In this document: positions 11,951 to 25,674 of the stretch, in pieces
How positions within the stretch are numbered: position 1 is the stretch's first letter
How the letters are laid out: each line of letters starts with the position of its first letter
Source: Epiperipatus broadwayi
Lineage: Eukaryota > Animalia > Onychophora
Assembly: GCA_028023455.1 (NCBI GenBank)
Contig: JAQFVV010000001.1
Location: 26,350,001 to 26,414,000 of the forward strand
Reading direction: 5' to 3'
DNA length: 64,000 nt
Notes under the pieces: generated by a model
Told to the model about the DNA's origin: nothing
Database searches by the model: none
What the model saw: only the letters and a program-made list of their open reading frames with translations
Position numbers and translations under genes: made by a program

Positions 11951-13039
11951 CCAAACTACATCATCTATATATTTTTTTTAAATTAAATTTAAATGTTATA
12001 CATGTTATTAAAATTGAGAGTGAAATATGTGTAAGAAGATAGATGATCGTTTATATGAGAGATTTAATGATATGCCAATCATAGCTATTAATAGCTTATT
12101 ATAGCCAATCCTAAATAAGAAAATTTAAGTAAGGACTTAAATGAGGATATAGCTTCTCCCACCCAAGATAAACTGTTGCCTATTGAATTAGGTGAAGGAA
12201 GCCAAAAGATTGCCAATGAGAGTATCCAGATAAGCAGTTGTTATTATCAAAAATAGCAGCTCAAACTGAAAGTCAAAATAATTCTCCATGAAGTCAAAAA
12301 ATTAAAAGACCTCAAATTCAGGAATTATTTTTTAGAAATGAGGGAAGGTGCACTGACTGGTGGTGATATTATTATAAATATTATAAATAAGATACTATTC
12401 TTGTTTGTGTAATTAGTGCTGGTAGTTTAGACAATTTCCTTTTAAAAATAGAAAAAAAACTCTCAAAGTTTTACAAGAGTTGGCACAACAGTGACTGTGA
12501 TAGGAACAAATTTGCTGTTGAAAGTTAATGGCTTCTTTCATAAAGTGGAAAAAGTGTACTTTGAAAACATAGCCTAAATGGACTGAATGAAGTCATATTA
12601 ATGTATTATTGACAATGGAAGCTAAGTGCCCATTATTAATGAACTGTGAATAAAAGTAGCAAGTAAAGAAATATAGTAGATTCACTCTGCTTGTAGTTAT
12701 CCCCAAATTATTATGGGAAAAAATAATTATTTTTGTTAATATTATAATTTTTGTTATACATATATATTATCACTAGCAATTCAGCTGAAGAATAAATTTT
12801 CTGAAATATAAAAGTTGTTTTTCAATATTATGCTAACATGGCTCGGTATAGACCCCCCCTGAATACAGCATAAAACAAACTGTATATTGATTGCAGATAT
12901 TTAGAATTACAATGATAGAAAATGAAATGTTAGTTATAAACATGTTGAATCTGAAAAATTTTAATATAGAGGAATGAAACATTAAAATGATGAAAAAACA
13001 AATTAAAAAAAAAAAATTAAACTGAAAATTAAATTAAAA

Positions 13040-14090
13040 AATGAAAAAATAATAAAAAGCAATTAACTGTTTATATAATATGAAGACAAGTTATCAAGGT
13101 CAGCAAAATTAGAGGTATTAATATTTGATTTATATTAAGAATTAGAATAATAGATATAGCTAAATACAAGATAATGATAATATTTAAAAAAACCTGATAT
13201 TTTGATTCTCTAATAATTTTGTAGAAATAAAGATGTAGAAAAAAGATAGTAGCCAATTATATAAATAGAAAGATGATTAAATCATTTGTGAATAGAATCA
13301 TGTTATCACAATTTTTGGTAAGACTCAATGACCAAAGATTTTTTGATTAAATATAGATTGGAAAAGATAAGTATCATAGGTTACATTTAAATATAAAAAT
13401 AAAAAATAAGATGAAAAAAGAGAATTAAAAAATATTTAAAAAACGAAAAATGAATTAAATATAAAAACTGAATTTTTAAATATGCAAAAAAAAAAAAAAA
13501 AATTTAAAAACTGAAGAAAAATAGTTTCTACTTTCATTGTCCAAAAACTATTTTTATAAATATACCTTTTGGGCAATGAAATCAGAAACAATATATGAGA
13601 GCAAATGAATATGCCAAAAAAATTTAAAACATGATATAAAAAAAGTTGTCGTTTTAAAAAATAAATGTGAGACAATAAATTGAAAAAATAATTATATGGA
13701 TATAAAATAACCTGAATGCAAAAATAAACTTGAATATTAAAAATATTTAAGACTGCAGAAGTGATAGTGAATTTTAATTGAACTGAAATGTACACAAATA
13801 TTTGCTAAAATATATAAAAACCTTTTAGATACATTGATATTAAATTAATAATGAAAGTCAACTTTAATGGTATATTGAATAAATTGATTTTAAAAATATA
13901 TAAATAACAAACAAATATTTTTAGATAATCAGGAATAGAAATCAACAACCTTTTTGTCAGTGCTATGATAAGTTTACATTGTCAGAAATAAAAAAATATA
14001 TAATCTACATTATAATAGGTTAAAAAACAGACATAGTACAGAGTAATACAGTATTTAAAGAGAATAGAAAAAACAAATAAATATAAAAAA
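13040..14090 (+). mobile_element. Possible highly decayed LINE reverse transcriptase remnant
   Basis: Only faint motifs in shifting frames (FKK..FDS, LVRLND, DIVQSNTVFKE); family not assignable. Confidence 0.25.
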
Positions 14091-14499
14091 AATAGTTGTA
14101 ACAAAAAATAAAAATGGAGATGGAATATATTTCTTTCTTTAAGCACTATTAACTTCAAAAATTCCAGTCTATAAACACAACTTTATCTCTATTTTGTTTT
14201 ACATTCATAATCTTTTTTATTTCTCTATTGCAAAGTTTTTTCAAGTATTTGCTAATGCTGACCAAATATCTCCTTTTTGGCCATAATCTTGATTTTTCGA
14301 CTTTCTATACAGGCACTGTAATATATTTTTAAAAAAGTGACTATTTAGGATTTGATATATCTATATTACTATACAAATAGAAAATTTGTTTGTTTGCTTG
14401 TGACTTTATAATTCAACAAATATTAGCATATAAATTTTTGCTTTAATTGTTTAGAAAAAAATTTAATTTGCAATATAAATGTGTGGACAAGTTATATCA

Positions 14500-15620
14500 T
14501 AATTGTTTTCAAGTGATATCATAAAAAAACCAAAAAAAAAAGGGCAGCATTTATTAAAAGATTACAGGACTGAAAAAAATTGTAAATGAAAAATATAGTT
14601 TTAAGTAAAGCAAAGTAAAATTTGATTTTGTAAATATATTTTAAATTAAATAGTGATTGTTTCCACATATTTAATTTCTCATTTGAATAATGACAATTTA
14701 GACTAGTTATAATAATAAATTTGATAAACTTTAAGATTTCAGTTTAGTATATATTTAATTTAACATATATTAAAGTAAATTTTAAAATGGTGCCAGTATA
14801 GCTAGAAAAATACTACCAAATTTGATAATTTTTCACTATAAAATTGATAATTTTTTAGAATATCAGTACAAATATATTTAACATGTAAAAAGGTATATTT
14901 TAAAATGTTGCTGATATAGCAAGAGAAATACTTTAATTTGATGAACTTTTACCATTTCCCTTTAAATATATTCTCACATGATAAAGTAAGATATTGTGAC
15001 TGGCATATTGAAATACATATTCTAGAAATAAACAGATAGGTTTTGGTAAACCAGGTAAAATTTTATTAAATAAGTATATTTTAAATTATTTAAACTTCAT
15101 TTGGACCACATATTTAATTTTTCACTTGCATATATTACATTGACATTAAAATTTTATAGCCTATTTAAACATTTATCATATGAGAAATATAAAATAATTT
15201 ATTTCAGAATTATTATTTTTTTAAAAAAAAAAAAATACTGCAATTGGTAATTATTTCATGTGACTATTACATAAATATATTTTGATTATCAAAATTTCTA
15301 CTAACACAAGGAAATAGCTAGAGAAATGGAGAGAATTAGCAAATTTTATTTGGTGTTCAATACATTAAAAATTGTAAATGGAATATATAAATATATTTTA
15401 ATTATCAAAAAACTGTTTATTAATGTGAGAGTATAACTAGAATTAGAAAGTTAAATATGAAAATGTTTTAATTATCAAACATTCTAATAATGGTGATGAA
15501 ATAGCTAGAAAAATGAAGAGAATTAGTGAGAAAAAATTTTATTTGGTATTCAATACATCATAAACCAAAATTGTAATTTAGATAACAAAACATTAAAAAA
15601 ATGTAAATTAGAAATATATT
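14500..15620. repeat. Degenerate local repeats
   Basis: CCACATATTTAATTT at ~14662 and ~15107; AAATAGCTAGA(G/A)AAATG(G/A)AGAGAATTAG at ~15313 and ~15499. Confidence 0.5.
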
Positions 15621-16077
15621 TTAATAATCAAGTGTACTATATTTTTTATTATTATGGATATTCTATTAAAGGATGCAAAGTCATGGATTGCCTTTGTTGG
15701 TGTTAGTAACATAAAACAAATGTAATGTAGTTGAGAATTAAAATATATTTAAACAATATTTACATAAAATAATAATACATGAGTTATCACTAGTAATTAA
15801 AAATGATCTAAAACATTTTTCATAAACATTGTTAAAATTTCTTCCTCAAATTAAATGACTCTTCTTAAAAATATATCATGCCTGACTCAAAACTTACTGA
15901 ACCAAGATTTGAAATTAATCCCATCAGCACTGTTAAGCTGGAAAAATCTGAAATGTTACATTGTTATATTGCATTGTCATTAAAACTGAACATGTCTATA
16001 AAATCTGGGGGGGAAATCCATTCCTGAAAAATATATTATTAATCAGTTATAAAAATTTACCCAAATAAACAGAAGTT

Positions 16078-16728
16078 TTAAGTTAAATAAAAGCATATAA
16101 TTATTGTACAAACATAAATATAATCATACCCAGCATAGTGAGGTTCATTTGCAGGACATCTTGCATCAAATATTTCCTTCCTATCATTAATTACAGGTGT
16201 TACTTTATATTCTTTATAATCAATAACAGTATTACTGCTAAATGATGTATAATCCAAATAAACAATATACTTAGATCGATTTAAATAGTTTGAAGATGAT
16301 GATACTCCATGAATTTTACAATATCTTAAAAACTTCTTTTCTTTAATGCAGAGATAATTTACACTGAAATTACTTCCTGCTTCTAAAGAAAAATTATTTT
16401 GGCAAAATTCATTATTAAATGTAAAAATACAAGCTTGATATCCAAGGCACTGTGATAAAGATTTACAAAGCATTGTTGTTTTAAAGTTGTTAACCATGTG
16501 AATTACTGTAAAATTTTCTTCAATAAGTTCCTCATTTTTATAAAACCTATAATCTAATGAAGCCAATAAAAATCCTTTAGGACAAATAATAGAATCTACA
16601 AGATTAAAAGACCGAGTATAATTTAGTTCCAAATAATCACTATTAACTTTCTGAAAATAATCATTAAGGCCTTGAATAAAATGAAATAATAAGAAAAGAA
16701 GTATCCACATCAATTTCATCATCAGCAT
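16078..16728 (-). CDS. Predicted secreted Cys-rich protein with a SUEL/galactose-binding-lectin-like domain (possibly the first exon of a larger gene)
   Basis: Longest ORF in the window (216 aa). It has a hydrophobic N-terminus (LMWILLFLLFHFIQG) and the pattern ICPKG..C....CLG..AC.F....C....V.YLC resembling the SUEL fold. A possible donor GG|GTATGA lies at 16129. Confidence 0.55.
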   Translation of the reverse strand: MLMMKLMWILLFLLFHFIQGLNDYFQKVNSDYLELNYTRSFNLVDSIICPKGFLLASLDYRFYKNEELIEENFTVIHMVNNFKTTMLCKSLSQCLGYQACIFTFNNEFCQNNFSLEAGSNFSVNYLCIKEKKFLRYCKIHGVSSSSNYLNRSKYIVYLDYTSFSSNTVIDYKEYKVTPVINDRKEIFDARCPANEPHYAGYDYIYVCTIIICFYLT

Positions 16729-17439
16729 TCATTTAATTCTGAAATAATAATTTGATTTTTAAAATTTTTTATTAGATTTATAATGTTGCATACAAAGTTA
16801 TTTATGTATAAATATATTTTTTTTATATACAAAACAATATAATGATCATCCTCGATTAATTTCACAGTTTATATAAAATATAAATAAAATAAGTAACATA
16901 TAAAATAAATATTATAAATGATTTAAACAATCAAAAACAAGAAATAACATTTATAATGGATACAATATATCCAGTATCAACTAATGATATCTGAATTCTA
17001 AAGATTTTAGACATGCTGGACAAAAAAAGAATGAGACTACTTCTGATTAAATATTCACTAGTAAACAACTGCTTTTTAATCCATAACTAATTATTCATAA
17101 AGTTTCTGCTTTGGTGGACACTCTTAATGATAAAGTAATACTTTCTGATATTTAATTTAGCCAATGTATTATTCTTTATAATGCCATCCTCAAGGAAGTT
17201 ATTCTTGACAAAAATCAACTTAAAACACAAATAAGATGTCTAAATTCCAAAGAAAAGATTGGTCTGACCAATATCATAGTTGTGTAAAACAAGAATACTT
17301 AAATTATTTGCAAATAAAAATTAAACATGGTGTAAATTATCACAATTTTCTCTAGTGAGCAATACCCTTATTCAGATTCTAATATCAATAACATTAACAT
17401 GAAGCCAGTACAAATCATCTGAAATTGTCTACTTCACAG

Positions 17440-18084
17440 TGTTAAATACAACAGCAATTCTCTCCAAACAGTAGTTCCACTCAGTGCAAACCATTCCAAT
17501 TAATGGATGCTAGGAGGTTTGTGCACTAAAATCCCTATCTAGTGCCTACTCATCTAATATCCTCAAATTACTTTTTAATTTCAGGCCTTTATCAATAAGA
17601 AGCTTGAATCTGAGAACACTGTGCTTAGCTCTTTTGAATCTAATGTAACCTTACAACAACCATATTTATTATTATAGTTAACTACAGATTCCAAAATGAA
17701 AACGTTTTCAATCCAAGCTTATTCACTTGTATATTAACACAGATTTGAATCAAGTTCAGTATATATACATTTCGGTAATCTTTAGTTTTTTAATAATCAT
17801 AATCACTATTATTGTAGTTTCATTTTCTCATAAGTTTATAGCTAAAAAGTTAAACAGTAGCTTCTGGGGGATTGCATTACATGCGAATATCTAGGTGCAG
17901 TGCTCTCAGATCCAAGACACTGATAAAGGTCACACACTAGAAACTAGTCTGAAAGGGATTTTAATGCACAAACGTTCTAGCATCTTTTGATTATTATGGC
18001 TTGCACTGGGTACCACTAGTGTTTGGAGAGAGTTACTTTGTTTACCAGAATGTATAAGCATAAGAAATGGTCATGTGATGTTTT
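17440..18084. mobile_element. Hammerhead-bearing repeat family B, inverted pair (minus arm ~17440-17770, plus arm ~17855-18084)
   Basis: Both arms align to 38265-38875 (CAGTG(C/T)TCTCAGAT, GATGAGTAGGCACT, GCACAAA..CT(A/G)GCATC, TTGCACTG). Decayed cores lie at 17920-17949 (CTGATAA..GAAACTAGTC) and 17560-17595 (minus). Confidence 0.7.
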
Positions 18085-21000
18085 AGTGATTTAATACTGT
18101 TAAGTTGGATAAACTATTTAAAAAATCGAATAATTCATTCTAATAAGTAATGAAAATGTTTTTCTGATGGATTATTATAATGGCATTTTACTTGGTAGTT
18201 ACATGTTAGACTATTCCTTTCATATAATTAAATTGTTAAATGACTTTAGCAAAAAAATAAAGTTTAAATAGTTCTAAAAATAATTAACAATTCAACTGGA
18301 TAATGAAAATAATTCAACATATAACTTCAAATTAGTGAAAATGTTTATAATAGTAGATTAAAGAATAAAATTCCATAATTCATTACTTATGGACTTCCAC
18401 AATAATTTCTTTAAATATATCTACATATATTTCTCTTGTATTATGTGAAAGCTTATAATCAAAAAAAAATCCTTAGCTTATTTCTGATTGTTTTTTCTAA
18501 TCACTTCTATATGAAATACATAAATAATGGTCAGATTAATAATAAAATAAAATTTAACATTATTAAAGCTTTTCACAGTTATAGCAATATTCTAGACATA
18601 ATAGATTTTTTAAATCAACTTTAACGTCTTTGTAGTAAAATATTTCCAATAATTATAAAAATAAATTAGAAACATTATAGTTTTAAAAGGGAAACATAAA
18701 GTAAGGTATAAAATAAATATAACTAATAATTATTCACATCAAATTCTACAATAATAAATACATATCACAATGACTTAAGATCAATCACTCCAAATTTCAC
18801 AATTATGGCTACATAAATTTTTTGTTTTATGCCAATCACTATAAGTTCCAAAATCCCTGATACTCACCTACAGTCTACCTCAGCTAACTTATAATAATTA
18901 ATTAGTTCTATTATTGAATGATAAGATATAGAAGAATCTTTTTCTGTCTTAAGTACATATGCATTAGATCTAAAATAATTCACTACAAATATAAAGTTGA
19001 TAAATTATCATAAAATTGGTTTTTTTTATGTCGATCAATTTTTTGCTTTATCAGTAAAGATGCTTATTAAATATCATTGGACTTTGGCTCTAATTAAAAA
19101 GTGATCTTGTCTGCTAATAAGCATTTCCTTGCATTATAATATTATGAGCATTTTATTTTTACAAACATGTTATGTCGTGAAATTGCGTGATTGTGAAATA
19201 ATACATGTTCATTATTTATTTATGTATTTTTAACAAAACTTCTAGAAAACTAATAAATTAATATGAATTTTTTAAACAATTTTTAAATTTTTTGTCATGA
19301 ACTTATAATGTAACCATATCTATAGATCCTTGTATAGATTGTTAATTAGTTTTTATTTTGCATAGCAGAATATATTTGGAAAGGTGAAGAAATATGATTT
19401 AAGAAAATCTTATCTGAATAAATTAAAACTTGAAGCAGCTAGAGGAAGTAAAAACAATTGTTTCTACGTTTTCAAGGATGATGTACAGCATCTTTAATGC
19501 TGAAATAGACTCCATAATGAAAATCAAACAAAGGAAAAAATATTAAGTTTAACATAGAAGGGATTTTAAACTGAAAACATTGATAAAACTTTAGTGTTTA
19601 AAAGGGTAATGACCTGAAAGATAGTAATGTCTAAATACTTAATATTTTATAATTTAATGTAATGATGTTTTAAATATTTAATATAACTTATTGTATAATG
19701 AATATTTTTGTTGGTTATTAATCTGATCTTCTGTTTCTCTTCTCATAGATTCTACCATTTAAATTATAAATTAAATTTATAATAGCTAGGAGATAAGACT
19801 TCATATTCTATTGGATTAGTTATTGTTGGTGTTTTTAATAAGATCCTTCTATGAATCTCCCAGCTTTGGAATGGCACTCTGGTTTTTAACCTAATATAAA
19901 TTTGTAATCCATAGAAGATATAATTTCCCTTCAGTCATTTAGAAGCGATTAATGGTCGGGAAAGGTGACATAGTTTGTAATATTTTTTTATTATAGCTAT
20001 GTCTGACCATTAGTATGATTTATAATTGAATTAAATTATATTTTACTCCTATCTTGTTTCATTTCTGTTATTTAGAGTTGAGCGTCACAGTTCAAATATT
20101 ATTTTATTAATTAAGCAATAATTTTTCATAAATTGTGCTCATTTCAATTTAGCCAGTAGCTAAAATTGTAGTCATGTGCATGAAAGAAAATATGGAACCA
20201 AAAATCATCATCACATTTTTATATAGTAAAGAAAGCTGTAGGGCACCCAAGTTTAAACCCTATGGGATCAAGTTCCTAAAGCCTCGGACAGGAAGAGAGT
20301 GGTGGAAACAGTTATGTTCTCTATTTATTTGTGTTTTGACAAAACTTAAAAAAGAGTGGTACACACCTTTTAATTATTCAACAGTTCTTTTAAAAGTAGC
20401 AATATAACACATATAGGCATTAGTCTGTAGACAAGATATTTAATTTGTCATTTTTATATTTCAAATATTAACTTTCTCCAAAACTAGTCTACAGTTGCTA
20501 GTGAAGCTGGAGATATAGTACATATTTCTGCTTCACCTAGTGCCAATGTCATCAGCACTAGTATGGGTTTGAACCCAATCTTGTATATTAACTGCCACCC
20601 ATCTCATAATAGGTGGTAGTATATTTATATTTGTAATCAATATTATAATCTTTCATTATAATCAATATTTGTAATCAATATTATAATCTTTTATCTAATT
20701 TATATTTCATCAATTAATATTTTATTATTAAAACTAACCTTTTTATAATAGTTTATTTATTTTATAATATTTGTAAAAATGTATATTGTATTTATTTTAT
20801 TAAATTGGCATTGATAAATAATTAAATCCTAGATATCAATAAAATGTTACAAATATTTTAAATTCTTTTATTAAAGTTCATTATTTTCCAATTAATCAGT
20901 TAGTAACATTTTATATTCATCTTTTGATAAATGTACATTAAAGGATAATAATTGTAAAATATATTTTGTAAATTTGTATTTAAATTTTATATCAAATATA

Positions 21001-22565
21001 AGTTTGAAAGTCATTGTACCAAATTCCTAAAATTTTTGTGAATAAAATTTACATTTTTGTTCATCTAAATCTTAATTAAATAGGCTTTGTTAATACAATG
21101 ACTGATAAACTTAATATGCTTGTTGCTGTTTTCTTTTAATTAGCAAATGAACCCTTAGGGCATGTTTAATGCAGGATTATAGATTTCCCTCCCAAGCAGA
21201 CACCAACCTCAGAGAACTGCTTAGAGCAATTACAATTGGTGGTTGTCAATGTAGATTGAATCCTTTAGATACGGCCAGATCAGATAAATAATGGAAAATT
21301 TTGTTATTGAGGAGAGTTTATAAATGAACAGTTTATGGAAGAACAGATTGAAAAACAGTTCACTGAAGAGAGATATATAGTACATCTGCCTAAAGAAATG
21401 ATGGGGTGAAAAGATTGGCTGTTTGCTTTTCAGAGCTTTGTTCCACCAGCTCATCACCATGCCATTTCAGTGCTCTCAACATCTAGCCCAAGACTGTACT
21501 GTATTAAGGAAGCCTGCTAAATGATCTGGTTTTATAACTGCCTATTTCAAGCCATGGAACATCTACCAATCAGTTGAGGTAAACTTCAATTTGCCGCAAG
21601 CCACTGATTCTATTTTACTTGTTTTCAAAATCAATATTAATTTATATTATATTATCTGTAATGTTTATACAACTTAATTTTAAAATGCGACTTAAAATTT
21701 TTCTCTTAAATTTAAAATTATCAATTCTTATAAAAATCTCACATTATTTTGATGCGGCAAATTTAAATTATTTTTTTTGTTGGTTTATTTATAATATTGA
21801 CTTACTGAAACTACCAATATAAAACTCAATGAGCAACTAACTTTAAACTTTCTCCCTCTTATTTTTTCCAGTTAAAATAATTTCAGGAAACTTATTTCCA
21901 TTAAATTAATTAATAGAAAAAGCTCATTTAGTTTTGTACCTCATATTATAAAGTTATATTTTAAATGAGTGAAATTATTTTAAAAGTTAGATATCTTATT
22001 ATCTCCAATTTAAAAGTGCCCTCGTAATTATTTCTGAAAGAATAATATACTTTATTAAATCATTTAAGAAAAATATATCACAATTTCTGTAAACCAAATA
22101 CTTTAAAAGAAAATTAGCATTTAGAGATTCCATACATATATATTTTTGTTTGTGTCAATAAAATATTAAAATTGTGAGGTACAACTTATTATGCTGTATG
22201 TTGTCAAACTTCACCAGAAGTGAGTTTGATATTCAATGCCCCGTCTATGTTAATTAAAAGACAGACTGATTTTGTAATCTTTGATGATAAACTATTTGAT
22301 AACTCACTAATAAATGAAATATTCGCAAAGTGTGGAAAACAATTTATATTTTAATTTTAATTCTTGCCTTTCCTCTTTATATTATATTTTATGATTCATT
22401 CATTAATGGCCTAAGGTTTCTGGGGATTTTCTATTACATCAGGGAGCTGATTATTTTAATCAGGAATTTATTTATTATTTTCATTAATGATACACTATCT
22501 ATATATCTAAGGCATTATGTATTTATAGTTACAACCATTCATTTATTATTATTGTTATTGCTTTG

Positions 22566-24042
22566 CTCAACAAAGCTTAGAGAAATAAAGACTTATTGTA
22601 ACAAAATTTATGATACGTAAGAACTACTTTTAAACATATATAAATGATGGGAGGAGGATGCGTGTTTGTGGGTTAATAAACTAAGATGGCAACCACGCAT
22701 TATTTAACTTCCCTACGTAACTTGCATTTGCCTAAAGAAATTAATTAGATATTTCATTACAATATAGATTTAAATAAGACATTTACAAATATATTGGAAA
22801 ATCAACCCAAGCATAAGTTCAGCATGCATTAAAAATACTTGAATAAATATATATTAAGGAATATATATATAATTTATTAGCTATAGCATGAAGGTTTCTG
22901 AGATCTTGGGTTGATTTTAATTACCTTGTTCTTTCAGATTTGTCCGTGGGCATTTCCAAATTTGTAACAGAGTTATTAAGCAAATTTTGATTTTCCTGGG
23001 TTTGTTGTTCAGCAGCAGCAGTTAGTAGATTTCAGGAGCAGCATTCTTTGGGCTGGTTCAGTTGGGCTTGATGGTATGGTGACAGAACATCAGATGGTGA
23101 CTGACGGATGGCCAAGGCACTGGCTCCTGAGAGAAAACAGCCTACTGCCCCTTTACCCCATCATTCGAAGGTGAAATGATTTCAAAACTTGTTTTAAACT
23201 AACAAACAAGCCGGTCAGTCTGATAACGCAAATAAAAGCTATTAGAAAATCAATTTTAAAATTACAGAAAATAACTTTTGCTGTCACAATATCAGTCAGA
23301 TTAATTAATAACTATAATAATCTTATAATAATCGAACAATAACCAATCAGCTCTATTTATATGCTCTCTCTGATTATAATCTAACACTGCAGTGGTAAAA
23401 TCCATTCCTTAATTTATTAATAAATTGTAAAACATGGACTGCATTTTTTAATTAAATCTGCTCATAAGCACTGTTTTTAATCTTATCAAAATCTACTAGT
23501 AAAACTGGTGCCAATATAGTTAAAATTAGCCACTATTGTTCTTTCCCTATCCTCACTGATTTAAAAAGAAAAATGGCATGATTTTGAAAAACTAAATAAA
23601 GTTTTATATTTATAACTCTTTTGAATTTAATTTCCAGAATATATTTATCAGTGATATTATTTTATTAAATGCAAACAAATATAGTGAAATAACATCACAA
23701 AATAAACAGATTCAAAAACAACAAATTTTAAATAAATATTTTCATAAATTTAAAATATTATCACAGTATGTGTATAGATGAGAATATGTGACCTACTTTA
23801 TTGTTCAAGCATATATATGTAATATATACTCAACGGTTTGAAAATAAAACCATTTAAGACAATTTTAATTATGATAAGGCCCTGGGCACCCCATTAGACA
23901 TATAAATTTAGGTGGGATTTTGGTAAATATACACAGTACACATACAATACGATAAAATTAGGGTTTTAAATAAGGCATGAGGGTAGGAAACAGGAAGGCA
24001 AGGTGAAGCTAAGATTGGTAAGGCATATCTTACTGTTTTACA
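22566..24042 (-). repeat. 3' LTR (probably truncated at its left end)
   Basis: ~1.47-kb direct repeat of 27517-28986, highly similar by eye. Confidence 0.8.
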
Positions 24043-24399
24043 TTCCCTTATTATGTCAAAAAAAATTCAAAAAAAAAGGTTTTACACCCAGTGTTTATTA
24101 GTATTTTTGAATATCAACAAAAAATTTGATACGGGGCAATGAGATTTAATGATATACCTGAATCATATTTCAACATTTTTTCACTAGCAAATATGTATTT
24201 ATATTTTGAAGCATTTTTTTGATTGTTGAAATTCAAATTAGAATATATATATAAAAAAAATTTTAAAGTCTATACAAGTGTCCAAATCCAGGCGTCGGTA
24301 AATGTCCAAATTCAAGTTATTGTAGATCAAAAATTGTGCAAGAGTGTCCAAGTTCAAGTCCTTTTTTTACTTATATATTTTGTTATTCTCCTGGGTTAG

Positions 24400-25674
24400 G
24401 TGGGTAGTACCAATCTCTCATACTCGGAGAATGTCCTCTTGGATGGTGTGATCTCTTTTAAAGGTCTGGTGGTTCTTTGGCCCAAGGACTGAAGTCCAAC
24501 GTAGTCAGAAATTCTGCCATCTCCTTTGCATATTTAATTCTGCTTCCAGCCATCAGTTATTGGATTGACAGAGGCATGTTCTGCTGGATGATGCAGATAA
24601 TGTGTGGGCCAGAGAATGAAAAGGTGGTGAGCGATCTCAGATGATTAACCTGCCGGATATAGAATTGTGAATATGTTTCTTTGATGCTCCCACATTTTTC
24701 TCGGGAGATGGTATTGAAGATGCCACTCTGGCATTTCTTGCTCCAGTAGTGTCTCAGTAAGGCCTTGCTATACTCAGTGAAGTCTCTAGGTTTTTTTTAT
24801 GATGCTTTACCAGTCCTTCGCGTAGCTGTGTAAATGGTGGGTAGTGATCGCAATTTGTTCTTTTGGCTCCATCTCAGAGAATGTGAAGAAATCTTTCAAA
24901 CTTTGTCCAACTGGGTTTGAATGCTTGGGTCAGAATGTGAAGAAATCTTTCAAACTTTGTCCAACTGGGTTTGAATGCTTGGGTCAGGCATCATGACTCT
25001 ACGGATATTGGTGATCTTAGGGTTTTTAGTAATTTTCTCTTCATTGACCGGTAGTGGAATTTTCAGGATGTTTTTGTTTTGATCACACTCTTCGTCTTCT
25101 TTTGTTCCATTATTATTATCTTCTGTCTTTAGAACTAAAGTTTCGTAATTTAATTTTGGGGTGAGCCTCTCTTCTAATTCATATTTCTCGTCAAGTTTTT
25201 GATGGAGCACTCCCTGTTTCTCATGGAGTTCTTTGACTTCATTAAGTAGGAATACGATCAGTTCTCTCATTTTATGCTTTTCTTTTCGGTCTTCTTCATG
25301 CCTGATTCTGGCTTCTTCGGCTTGTCATCTGAAGATTTCTTCTATATATTTAAATTGAGAGTCTGTATTTGTCATTTGCTGGCTTATTTCTGCTACTGGT
25401 GTTGGAGATTCTGGAAAATCCGGATGTGTCTATGTCTTTTTGTTCTAGCTCTTCCATTTTGGTTTTATTATTCTGAAATGTTATTATAATTCTTAGCTAT
25501 AAATGGCAATTCTGGATCACTAATTTTCTGGGAGTTATCATTTGCTATATTTTCTATTTTTAAAATTCTTTTAACTAAACTTTTTTTTTCTTTGTCAAAC
25601 AATGGTGACTGGCTGTCTTCCACTCGGTCTCTGGCCTTTCTGCTCATCCTTGTTTCATCCTGTACTGATTTCAT
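24400..25674 (-). pseudogene. Disrupted retrotransposon gag
   Basis: ORFs 25468-25674 and 24950-25270, followed by capsid-like HLHSYAKDW..FTEYSKALLRHYWSKKCQ..IICIIQQNMPLSIQ, with stops and frameshifts. Confidence 0.65.

Noticed and set aside
20495-20565. Minus-strand CTGATGA...GAAATATGTACTATATC hammerhead-like string
   Set aside because: Stem II pairs poorly, and stem I needs an 8-nt offset from the putative cleavage site.
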